Position numbers and translations under genes: made by a program
The notes under the pieces: model-generated
Database searches by the model: none
Seen by the model: the letters and a program-made list of their open reading frames with translations, nothing else
Told to the model about the DNA's origin: nothing
From: an uncultured Rickettsiales bacterium
Lineage (GTDB): Bacteria; Pseudomonadota; Alphaproteobacteria; Rickettsiales; Deianiraeaceae
NCBI GenBank assembly: GCA_937906355.1
Contig: CALCWF010000191.1
Span: forward strand, 1 to 37,147
DNA: 37,147 nt
Direction of reading: 5' to 3'
Part shown: piece by piece, positions 28,101-35,613 of the stretch
How positions within the stretch are numbered: position 1 is the first letter of the stretch
Layout: every line of letters begins with the position of its first letter

Positions 28101-29071
28101 GTATGTTCTGCTTTATTCCAGTTGATTTGTTTGAATCTTTCTTCCATTCCGTCGTATGCCATTTGCTCCATTATTTTTGCTTCTTCCTCCTTACTTTTGC
28201 AGAAGTGAGGGAGCGTTGGTTTTCGTCCGCGAACTGAGAAATTACTTTTTTTTACAATTAATTCTGTATTCTCGATTGCCTCCGGAATATCGCTAAACAA
28301 TTCTTCCATTTCTTTTGCTGATTTCAAGTAATATTCTTCGTTTAGTCTTTTTCTATTTTCTTCTGTTAGGAACATTTTATCACGTATGCAGGCCAGTGCG
28401 TCGAAAGCTTCGAAATGTTTTCTTTTGTAGAAGCAACAATCGTTTGTTGCTGCGAGTGGAATGCTAGCTTTATATTTGTTATTTTCGTAGGCGTAATTTA
28501 TTAAAAAATCTTCCAATTCTTTTTCTTTTGTTCTACCGTGTCTTGTTAGTTCTATATACATCCTATCTTCGAAGATTTCATGCAATTCGTCGAGCGTATC
28601 AGTTGCGACTTTTTCTCCATAATTTAGAAATTCATATCCAATGACGCCACGATATCCGCCCGTCAGCAGGATTACGTCTTTTGAATATTTTTTTAGTTCT
28701 TCCATTGTTATCCATAATTGTTGAAAATCGTTTTCAATGTGTTCGAAATGTCCGCAACGTAAAAGTTTTAGGAGATTTAGATATCCATTTTCATTTTTTG
28801 CAATTAGTCCGAGCTGCGGGAAGGGATCATTTAAGTCGTAGTTTTTTTTTCCGATAAAAACGTTTAGACCAATTAGAGGTTTTACTTTTAAATCTCGTAG
28901 ATGCATCGACCATCGAAGACCTGCGGACAGAGACATATCATCCATTAGGCACATTGCTTTTATCTTGTTTTCCTTTATGAATTCTTCTAGTTGTCCTAGT
29001 TTTAATGCACTTGTTAACAAGCTATATTCCGAACGTGTGCGAAGATGATAGAACGACATAACGTTTTTCAT
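25124..29071 (-). CDS. dnaE: DNA polymerase III alpha subunit
   Basis: 1315 aa. N-terminal PHP domain (HLRTRSEYSLL), PDFDIDF, GLVKFDFLGLQTL, the NRPGP region, and HAISYTIISYQTAYLKANYP, plus an OB-fold region. It contains low-complexity insertions. Confidence 0.95.
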   Translation of the reverse strand: MKNVMSFYHLRTRSEYSLLTSALKLGQLEEFIKENKIKAMCLMDDMSLSAGLRWSMHLRDLKVKPLIGLNVFIGKKNYDLNDPFPQLGLIAKNENGYLNLLKLLRCGHFEHIENDFQQLWITMEELKKYSKDVILLTGGYRGVIGYEFLNYGEKVATDTLDELHEIFEDRMYIELTRHGRTKEKELEDFLINYAYENNKYKASIPLAATNDCCFYKRKHFEAFDALACIRDKMFLTEENRKRLNEEYYLKSAKEMEELFSDIPEAIENTELIVKKSNFSVRGRKPTLPHFCKSKEEEAKIMEQMAYDGMEERFKQINWNKAEHTKEQYLDRLKYEINVIEKMGFPGYFLIVSDFVQWSKHNGVAIGAGRGSGAGSLVAWCLKITEVDPLEYGLFFERFLNPERVSMPDFDIDFCQENRWKTIDYVVNKYGKESVSRIITYGKMKAKMVIKDVGRVTQMSFNETNDIVKLIPFNPIEPITIQKALDMIPRLKDEMDNNPKMHKLMTIAMDLEDLNRNTSMHAAGVVIGDKPLVEIGPVCSEENNDNCIDDKNNEENEDNDENMTASQVKSVNHAVKERDENENIVKNDNKSNKNEKLKYEGNVSFFDAKPENRIAVFGYDMKDCEKIGLVKFDFLGLQTLTVLTKACEMIKKNTGRDIDVDRLPTDDKKTFDLLQTGHLKGIFQLETPLPRNALKKIKTDKISDIAAITSLNRPGPMENMPSFIRRKMGEEKISYYHPILEPILKETYGIIIYQEQVMEVARKIAGYSLGEADLLRRAMGKKIKEEMDKQSAVFIDRSEKLGLVSRNEAKALFDIIAKFAGYGFNKAHAISYTIISYQTAYLKANYPVEFMTALMNLDINKTDKLNGFVSECRNMKIEIIPPDINTSMAEFSCHEGKIVYALGAIKGIGANLAKEICNIRDSSGKFKDLQDFFNRCGQLLNKKVIESLTKSGTWKSLGINIRTIIENETAIVDTALDFSRRQREKKTESIINMFGQDDNIPLIPKLKNYPEYDSNKLSAFEFEIFGFYMTTHPLDHYKSKLEKYNFETAEDVLETNYQTETRLLMCGVVTEVRMRFKNKKKFAFVHLLDLSGLYETSIFDDNLINQHENDLVEGKKIVMEVDAKTNPETGTRLQISEIYDLDDFFVKFPTKKDIKLGANRKKKTSNSKYSNNYSGNTIDAGNGENNNNISYLNNTYTSSGTIKQQNANNCSQDSHNTNNSFVSDNYPHEFSKNSTSNISISTSSVIQATRRPLVSSPYVGHQIPSLKIANSKTINIDDISQIQQIKSDIENGKYSEFEKLILQIEDTEIVVNTKKN

Positions 29072-29191
29072 TTAGACTTCTATTTAGATGATTTATTTGT
29101 ATTTATCTAAATGCATCTTTCAGTAGTTCGAGAGCTTTACAAAAATCAAACGATTTTTTAAACTTACTTATTGACTTTTTTCATTTAATGA

Positions 29192-30592
29192 ATGAGTTCC
29201 ATTCTCATGGAAGAAGATAAGGCAAAAGCTAAAAAGCTAAGCGTGGATTACATTCACTTTGAGGCGACGAGCGATACGATAGAAATTCATAGAGGTAGAA
29301 ATGGGTATGAATGGAGCGGTCAGAAGGGTAAAATATGTGAGTGGACTCTTCCTATTCTTGTCGAAAAAGACGCTGATGAGATTTTAGAGCAGATATATAA
29401 TTGCAAAGAATGGGAACCTTATGGCAAAGGTCGTGAAACATCAAAAGATACTCCAGGTCTGAGAGACAGGATTTGGCAAATAGTTTTACCACATATTGAC
29501 ATCAGATCGCTTAAACCGGTGCCGAAAATAGGAGAACAAGAATTCGAAGGTTGTAAAAGAAGTGATAGAGCTTCAATGAATAGAGCACAAAATCAAGGAA
29601 GCTACGTAGATAAAGATAGAATAAAACAGCCGAAAGTCGTTGGTTCAGATGAGTGCTATACTTTCTATCAAGGTGTAGAACTTGTTGCTGATTGGTTTGT
29701 AAATAACGTTGATGAGAACTATTTTAGAAACAAAATTGTCTACTGTAACTGCGATGATACGAAATCTGCTTTTTGGATATATTTTTATAACAACTTTCAT
29801 AAGTTAGGTTTGAAAAAACTTATCGCCTCTGCTTTCGATAAAACCGGCTTGTCTTATGGAAATAATTACGAAGAACATATGAGAGGGCTGTATGCAAAAC
29901 AGGAAGAGTGCGGTGGATATATCTACGAATACAATGGGGGGGATGTTAAAAGATTTCCACCAGAAGGCGAAAAATCAACGTTTCATGGAGATTTCAAGGA
30001 GCCAATATGCTACAATATAGCAAAAAATGAGGCAGATATTATAATGACAAACCCGCCATTTGGCAAGAAGTGGAGATCTTTTGTTGAAACGATGCTTGAA
30101 ACTGGCAAGAAAGTTATTTTTTGGGGTAATGGCGGTGCTCCTCTTTATAACTGGTTTATGCCTCTATTGAACGAGAAAAAAGTTTTCATTATACGAGGTT
30201 GTAGCGATCATTATTTTACTGATCACTATTTATCTCCGACATATCACAGAAAAAGAGCACTTGCCTATATATATACAACCGAAGATTTGAGCTTTCAAAA
30301 ACCAGGGGAAAAGCATTATTCGACGAAGAAAAAAATGTTAGAGAACGACACCGCTTGGTATGACGACGATGGAGTACTTTGTTGCGATAATGCTATGATA
30401 CCGAAGGACACAGACGAAATCTTAGCTGTAAGCATAAATGTGTTAAAACATAACATTTTGAACGATGGATATGAAATTGTCGATTATCACGGACACTTTC
30501 CTTATAAAAGTGGTAAAAAGTATTTTTGGCGAATCAAAATCCAAAAAGAATCAAAAAGAAAGGCAAACCTGAGTGGAAAGAAGAAAAGCTGA
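29192..30592 (+). CDS. N6-adenine DNA methyltransferase, EcoRI-methylase-like family, with ~150-aa unknown N-terminal extension
   Basis: Catalytic motif IV IIMTNPPF (nt 30050-30061). DECYT, VYCNCDD..SAFWIYFYNNFHKLGLKKLIA, KKVIFWGN, and the C-terminal IPKD...LAVSINVL...GYEIV resemble the family I recall as EcoRI_methylase (PF13651). Confidence 0.7.
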   Translation: MSSILMEEDKAKAKKLSVDYIHFEATSDTIEIHRGRNGYEWSGQKGKICEWTLPILVEKDADEILEQIYNCKEWEPYGKGRETSKDTPGLRDRIWQIVLPHIDIRSLKPVPKIGEQEFEGCKRSDRASMNRAQNQGSYVDKDRIKQPKVVGSDECYTFYQGVELVADWFVNNVDENYFRNKIVYCNCDDTKSAFWIYFYNNFHKLGLKKLIASAFDKTGLSYGNNYEEHMRGLYAKQEECGGYIYEYNGGDVKRFPPEGEKSTFHGDFKEPICYNIAKNEADIIMTNPPFGKKWRSFVETMLETGKKVIFWGNGGAPLYNWFMPLLNEKKVFIIRGCSDHYFTDHYLSPTYHRKRALAYIYTTEDLSFQKPGEKHYSTKKKMLENDTAWYDDDGVLCCDNAMIPKDTDEILAVSINVLKHNILNDGYEIVDYHGHFPYKSGKKYFWRIKIQKESKRKANLSGKKKS

Positions 30593-30627
30593 TTTTGAGT
30601 GTGTGAGAAGATAATAGAGCGACATAG

Positions 30628-31278
30628 TTATTGTATATTGTTGCTTTCAAAAAGTATTCTTGCTCCAAAATTATTTGAATATAGTTCTTTATTACTTGCA
30701 TTAAACTCACTTTTCAAATTACAATACAAGGAATTTAACGAGATTATTTTGTATGATTTTACATAAAAACAATCTTTTCGTTTTTCTACTTCAAATGAAA
30801 ATAAAAAATGAACCGTATTTGCAGTAATTTTTGAGTGTTTTTCAGGAGAGAAGTAAAAAGTTCTAAAACTATCATTAACGTTCTTTTTATTAAATGTTTT
30901 ACACTCCAAGTAATATATTTTGTTTTCAAGTTCAAAAGCAATATCGGGATATCCGCTTGCTGCTTTTTTACCTTGTGAATTTGTAGGAATATCAGCATTT
31001 AGATTTAATTTATTCATTTCGTTTTTTACAATTATTTCGATTTGATTACCAAATTCATTTGGGCGACCTTTGAAATTATAAGTTTTATTTACTATATTAA
31101 AACCAACATTTTTTAATATTTCCAAAGTTTTAATGTGTTGTTTATTGTTGAAATCAAAGAATTCAACTTCATAGCCAAACATAGATTTTATAATTAGATT
31201 AAATGGTATATTTTTCATTGGTCTAATCATTTGTTCTATACAATTTTCTAATTGTTTTACATATTTATCATCTTCCAT
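30628..31278 (-). CDS. Candidate type II restriction endonuclease (PD-(D/E)xK-like), otherwise orphan
   Basis: 216 aa. Its start codon lies 2 nt downstream of the stop of the upstream methyltransferase on the same strand. Single nuclease-like signature GYPD(112)IAFELENKIYYLE(125)CK(127), i.e. PD-X12-ExK. No further family recognised. Confidence 0.45.
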   Translation of the reverse strand: MEDDKYVKQLENCIEQMIRPMKNIPFNLIIKSMFGYEVEFFDFNNKQHIKTLEILKNVGFNIVNKTYNFKGRPNEFGNQIEIIVKNEMNKLNLNADIPTNSQGKKAASGYPDIAFELENKIYYLECKTFNKKNVNDSFRTFYFSPEKHSKITANTVHFLFSFEVEKRKDCFYVKSYKIISLNSLYCNLKSEFNASNKELYSNNFGARILFESNNIQ

Positions 31279-31280
31279 AA

Positions 31281-32453
31281 CTATTTTTCACAAAAAACTA
31301 TTCTATTTGAGTTTGTTCCTTTTTTATTGTTTTCAACTCCCCAAATATTAGATGTCTTAGTGAAAGTTTGTATATTTATTAGAACGTCAATCTTGTTAAA
31401 TTGCAGTTTTTTGACTATTTTTATAATACTTTCTTCGAGTTTTATTTTACCATTCTTAACTTCTCCGACTTCGAAGGCGATATGACCTCCCGTTCTTAGT
31501 ATTCTTTTTAATTCAATTAAAACTCTTTCCATTTTTCCTTCCCAGTCTTCGAGTTTTTTAAATTGAGATATTTGTATTTTATCGACGTCGATACCGCAAA
31601 ACCAGCATCTCATCCAGTTATCTTGTTTATAATTTATAACATCTAAAAATGGAGGAGAAGTAATAATCAAATCAACCGAATTGTCTTTGATTTCTGGCGT
31701 ATTATCGGCATCTTTTGTTAGGAACAAAGTCTTTTGTTTTACGTTTTCTAATATTTTTTTTGTAAAAATATCAATATCTTTTGTTAGAGTTTTATATTTT
31801 TTTAAGCAACATTCTTTAACATTTCTATATTCAATTTTATTATTGTATTTTTTATTTATTAAAATTTGTCTTTCCGGCGTTATTGCTTGATTTGGCGGTA
31901 AAGTGAATGTAGACAAGAAGCCGACCGAATGACCCGTGAGACGATTTAACACGAGCAGTCTTATCCATTTGTCTATAATATCTAATTCATTCTTCTCTTG
32001 TTTATGTATTAAATAATTTTTAATTTTTACTATTTCTTCAAAGGTTTTTTGATGAAAAAACATTGATAAATCTGGTTCATTTGTGATTTGAGTTTCTTGC
32101 TCTAATATTGAATTAAATCTTTTTTCAATATCGATGATATCGATGATAAAAATTCTTGGTTCTGACATTATTCTTGATAGCGGGTTGATGTCGTTAAAAT
32201 ATGCGATTCTACCTAATAAACTTGCTTCTATTCCGGTCGTTCCTCTTCCTGAGAATGGATCATATACAATATCGCCTTCTTTTGTATATCTTGTGATGAA
32301 GTAATTTGGTAGTTGTGCTTTAAAGCAGGCTCTATAAGATATTTCGTGGATCGAATTGCATTGTTTCTGTCTATTAGGCCAGAACTCTTTTTCCTGAAAG
32401 TTGACAGACCGTATACCGTCCTCATTATCGGTGTTTGGTTCGTTATTATCCAT
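31281..32453 (-). CDS. DNA methyltransferase (N4-cytosine/N6-adenine class; SPPF motif suggests N4-cytosine)
   Basis: AdoMet-binding motif I VYDPFSGRGTTGIEA at aa 63-77, and catalytic motif IV DLIITSPPF at aa 261-269. ATG start at 32451-32453. Confidence 0.8.
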   Translation of the reverse strand: MDNNEPNTDNEDGIRSVNFQEKEFWPNRQKQCNSIHEISYRACFKAQLPNYFITRYTKEGDIVYDPFSGRGTTGIEASLLGRIAYFNDINPLSRIMSEPRIFIIDIIDIEKRFNSILEQETQITNEPDLSMFFHQKTFEEIVKIKNYLIHKQEKNELDIIDKWIRLLVLNRLTGHSVGFLSTFTLPPNQAITPERQILINKKYNNKIEYRNVKECCLKKYKTLTKDIDIFTKKILENVKQKTLFLTKDADNTPEIKDNSVDLIITSPPFLDVINYKQDNWMRCWFCGIDVDKIQISQFKKLEDWEGKMERVLIELKRILRTGGHIAFEVGEVKNGKIKLEESIIKIVKKLQFNKIDVLINIQTFTKTSNIWGVENNKKGTNSNRIVFCEK

Positions 32454-32455
32454 GA

Positions 32456-32482
32456 ATTTATTCGATAGTCTATCGAATAAAT
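32456..32482. promoter_or_regulatory. Perfect 27-bp palindrome abutting the methyltransferase start codon (function unknown)
   Basis: ATTTATTCGATAG (32456-32468), centre T (32469), CTATCGAATAAAT (32470-32482). The arms are exact reverse complements. The palindrome ends 2 nt from the ATG at 32451-32453. A minus-strand TTGACA (32482-32487) abuts its distal end. Confidence 0.6.
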
Positions 32483-32581
32483 GTCAAATTCGTATCAAAT
32501 TGATATTTATTGAAACGGGAGACGATGTGTAAACTTTATTGCGTAATATGACGACGTTTTTCTATTTTCTCGTTTTTATTA

Positions 32582-34945
32582 TTATGACTTTAAAATCATT
32601 CTCTTTCCCGTGTGATCTGGTGCAGATAGTATACCGTCGCTTTCCATTTGCTCTATGAAATTTGCGGCTTTGTTATAACCAATCCGCAGTTTGCGTTGTA
32701 GATAGCTTATTGACGTTTTTTTTTCGTTTAGAACAATTCCTATTGCCTGTCTATACATTGCATTGTCACTGTCATTATCGTTAATCTTGTAAGATTCACC
32801 GTCACCGTCTTCATCTTCGTCGGTTGTTAACGTTATATATTTTGGTTCATCGTTGTTATCTTTTAGAAAGTTTACGACATTTTCGACTTCGTCGTCTGTT
32901 ATAAGAGGTCCATGAACACGAAGCGTCTTTGTGCCACCTAGCATGAAAAGCAGATCTCCTTTTCCAAGTAGTTGTTCCGCACCTTGCTCTCCGAGTATTG
33001 TTCGACTATCGATTTTTGATGTTACATGATAGCTTATTCTTGTAGGGAAATTTGCCTTGATAACGCCAGTTATAACGTCGACAGAAGGACGTTGTGTTGC
33101 CATTATCAAGTGAATTCCGGCAGCACGTGCCATTTGAGATAGACGTTGAACCAGAACTTCAATTTCTTTTCCCGCTACAACCATCAGATCTGCCATTTCG
33201 TCTATTACAACAACGATATATTGCATCAATGCATTTTCTGAATGCTCGTCATCTTCGTATTGCTTTCTGTCTACGATTTCATACTCCGTTGGATCGATTG
33301 TGATGTTGTTATAGTTAATGTTATCATTTTTTATCATATTTTTTATGTTGTTTATTTCACTTTTTGTTATTTTGTGCTTTATATTATTATTGCTATGGCT
33401 CTTTTTTGATTTATTTTCTTGTTTTGCTATTTTAGATTTAATTTTTTCGTTATAACCGGTGATGTTTCTAACGCCTGCGTTTGACATCATGCGATAGCGA
33501 TTTTCCATTTCACGGACGACCCATTTTAACGCAAGAACGGCACGTTTTGCGTCAGTTATAACCGGCATCATTAAGTGTGGTATTCCTTCGTATGCTGAGA
33601 ATTCGAGCATTTTTGGATCGATCATTATTAATCTACATTGCTCCGGCGATAGTTTATATAGCATAGATAGAATCATTCCATTTATACCGACTGACTTTCC
33701 ACTGCCAGTTGTTCCAGCTATTAATAGATGTGGCATATCTGCCAAATTTGCGATAATTGGTTTACCGAATATATTACATCCTAATATCATAGGAATTTGT
33801 GCGTCAGACTGAGTATACTCGTTGCTTTCAATCAGTTTTCTAAAACACACGGTTTCTCTCTCTTTATTTGGAACTTCAATTCCAAGCGTATCACGTCCAG
33901 AGATAGTTGCAATACGAACGGAACTTACCATCATTGTTCGTGCTATGTCCTCTGACAGACCTATGACGCGCGATGCCTTTACGCCGGCTTGCAGTTTGAA
34001 CTCATAGAGAGTTACGATAGGACCAGTTCTAAAATTAATCATTTCTCCTCGAACGCCGAAGTCCCCGAGTATATTAGAAAGCTTTTGCATGTTCTCTTTG
34101 CAGATTGCTTGACTTTGGAGCACATCTTTTCGCTCTATAAATTTTAGCAGATCCGATGTTGGTGCGATGTATTCAGATATTTTGCACGATTTGTCGTTGT
34201 CGTTATGATTAACGTTATTTTCAATGATTTCTGTTTTATTTCTTTTTCGAGAGAAGATTTTTTTAAAAAATATTAATACTATTCTTAGTAAGAATATCGG
34301 AGATTTAACTATGAATATTTCAATTTTTATTAAACGAATGATGAAGTTGAATATTTTTGTAATAAATTCATGCATTGTGATAAGTATTTTTAGACAACAA
34401 TTTGATTTAATTGCTACAATGCGAGTTTTTTTACCGAGGACGAATACTGCGTATGGATAGAACAGGAGCGTTGCGACTAAAAATAGAACTATATATTTTT
34501 TAAGTTTAGGTTCTAACGTTAGAAACGCCTCTTTAAGTAAAAGTCCCATACGTCCACCGTAGGGTATCAAGGAGTATAAGCGATTGCGATCGTCGATCAT
34601 TAAGACGGCGAAGAAGCATAGACACAATGTTATAAAGGCAGTGTAAAGAGTTTTAAATAAAATAAACCTTGGTGGTTTTTTCAAAGTCAATCTTGCTGAC
34701 AGATATAGTGCGAACGGAAACATAGCGAATATTGCTGGTCCAAAATTTTGAAATAGTAGATCAGCTAAGATTGCACCGAACTTTCCAAGTACATTGCGTA
34801 CAGGAACTGTGCTTACGACGTTCAAACATGTGTCTGAAACAGTGTATGTTACCAGTGATAGCACGGTAATCGCGATACATGCAAGTAAAACGATTCCTTT
34901 GTTTCTTGTATTGACATTCAATGTTGATAACGTTTTTGGCTTCAT
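32582..34945 (-). CDS. ftsK: DNA translocase FtsK
   Basis: 787 aa. N-terminal TM helices, Walker A LLIAGTTGSGKSVGIN, Walker B IVVVIDEMADL, ATQRPSVDVITG, and the gamma winged-helix SISYLQRKLRIGYNKAANFIEQME. Confidence 0.95.
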   Translation of the reverse strand: MKPKTLSTLNVNTRNKGIVLLACIAITVLSLVTYTVSDTCLNVVSTVPVRNVLGKFGAILADLLFQNFGPAIFAMFPFALYLSARLTLKKPPRFILFKTLYTAFITLCLCFFAVLMIDDRNRLYSLIPYGGRMGLLLKEAFLTLEPKLKKYIVLFLVATLLFYPYAVFVLGKKTRIVAIKSNCCLKILITMHEFITKIFNFIIRLIKIEIFIVKSPIFLLRIVLIFFKKIFSRKRNKTEIIENNVNHNDNDKSCKISEYIAPTSDLLKFIERKDVLQSQAICKENMQKLSNILGDFGVRGEMINFRTGPIVTLYEFKLQAGVKASRVIGLSEDIARTMMVSSVRIATISGRDTLGIEVPNKERETVCFRKLIESNEYTQSDAQIPMILGCNIFGKPIIANLADMPHLLIAGTTGSGKSVGINGMILSMLYKLSPEQCRLIMIDPKMLEFSAYEGIPHLMMPVITDAKRAVLALKWVVREMENRYRMMSNAGVRNITGYNEKIKSKIAKQENKSKKSHSNNNIKHKITKSEINNIKNMIKNDNINYNNITIDPTEYEIVDRKQYEDDEHSENALMQYIVVVIDEMADLMVVAGKEIEVLVQRLSQMARAAGIHLIMATQRPSVDVITGVIKANFPTRISYHVTSKIDSRTILGEQGAEQLLGKGDLLFMLGGTKTLRVHGPLITDDEVENVVNFLKDNNDEPKYITLTTDEDEDGDGESYKINDNDSDNAMYRQAIGIVLNEKKTSISYLQRKLRIGYNKAANFIEQMESDGILSAPDHTGKRMILKS

Positions 34946-35607
34946 AAATCTTCGTTTTTATTGATTTTTTCTAATACTTTTTTGAGAATTGTTTTCGTAT
35001 TTTTTAAGCTTTCTATGCAGTTAATATTATTCTTTTTTCTTTGATCGATTTTACTGAATATTTGATGTAAAACTTTTTTTACTCTTTCGTCGTTTGCTAT
35101 TTTATTAGTATTACTAATATTATTGACGACATTCGTGTCAACTGTTGATTTTTTATCTTGCTTGTCGATGTTAAATTCATCGTTCTGTTCGATGACATCA
35201 TTGGCAGTTATGTCTATTGTATAATCATTCTTGCAATTTTCTTCTACCGTTACATCATTTACGTTTGCTGAAATATTATCGTCTATACCATCGTCATTAA
35301 CGTCAGTTGTGCTTTCTATTGTTTGCCAGATCGGTGTCCGTGTATTCGTGCCGTTATTCATGTCGTTATTATCGAACGTATCGTTGTCGTTTTCTTCATC
35401 GAGAATTTTATCAAAAGAGTCGTCGTCAATATTTTTATTGTTGTCTATAATTATATTGTTGTTTATGATTACACTATTTTCGTTGCTAACGTTATCTTTT
35501 TCATTGTTTATTTCTTCGGCGACAAATAAACTATCTTCGTCTTCATATTCTTCTCCAAATAGATTGATATTAACATTTTCGTACTTATTTTTTGCATCAT
35601 CAGTCAT
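34942..35607 (-). CDS. Hypothetical acidic D/N/E-rich low-complexity protein
   Basis: 221 aa with an ATG at 35605-35607, 6 nt after the mlaE stop. Its TGA overlaps the ftsK ATG (ATGA at 34942-34945), suggesting translational coupling. No family recognised. Confidence 0.45.
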   Translation of the reverse strand: MTDDAKNKYENVNINLFGEEYEDEDSLFVAEEINNEKDNVSNENSVIINNNIIIDNNKNIDDDSFDKILDEENDNDTFDNNDMNNGTNTRTPIWQTIESTTDVNDDGIDDNISANVNDVTVEENCKNDYTIDITANDVIEQNDEFNIDKQDKKSTVDTNVVNNISNTNKIANDERVKKVLHQIFSKIDQRKKNNINCIESLKNTKTILKKVLEKINKNEDL

Positions 35608-35613
35608 ATGGAT

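Noticed and set aside
29082-29112. An 8-bp inverted repeat ATTTAGAT...ATCTAAAT (15-bp spacer) in the dnaE/M1 divergent spacer, considered as a second R-M operator.
   Set aside because: The arms are short and AT-only with a long spacer, so it is easily a chance occurrence. It is not related in sequence to the 27-bp palindrome upstream of M2.
4927-32508. The recurrent word TTGATAT in several spacers (about 4927, 11979-12012, 15468-15489, 32500), considered as a shared regulatory motif.
   Set aside because: For this base composition, a 7-mer with six A/T positions is expected several times per strand in 37 kb by chance. Only the local tandem arrangements are reported.
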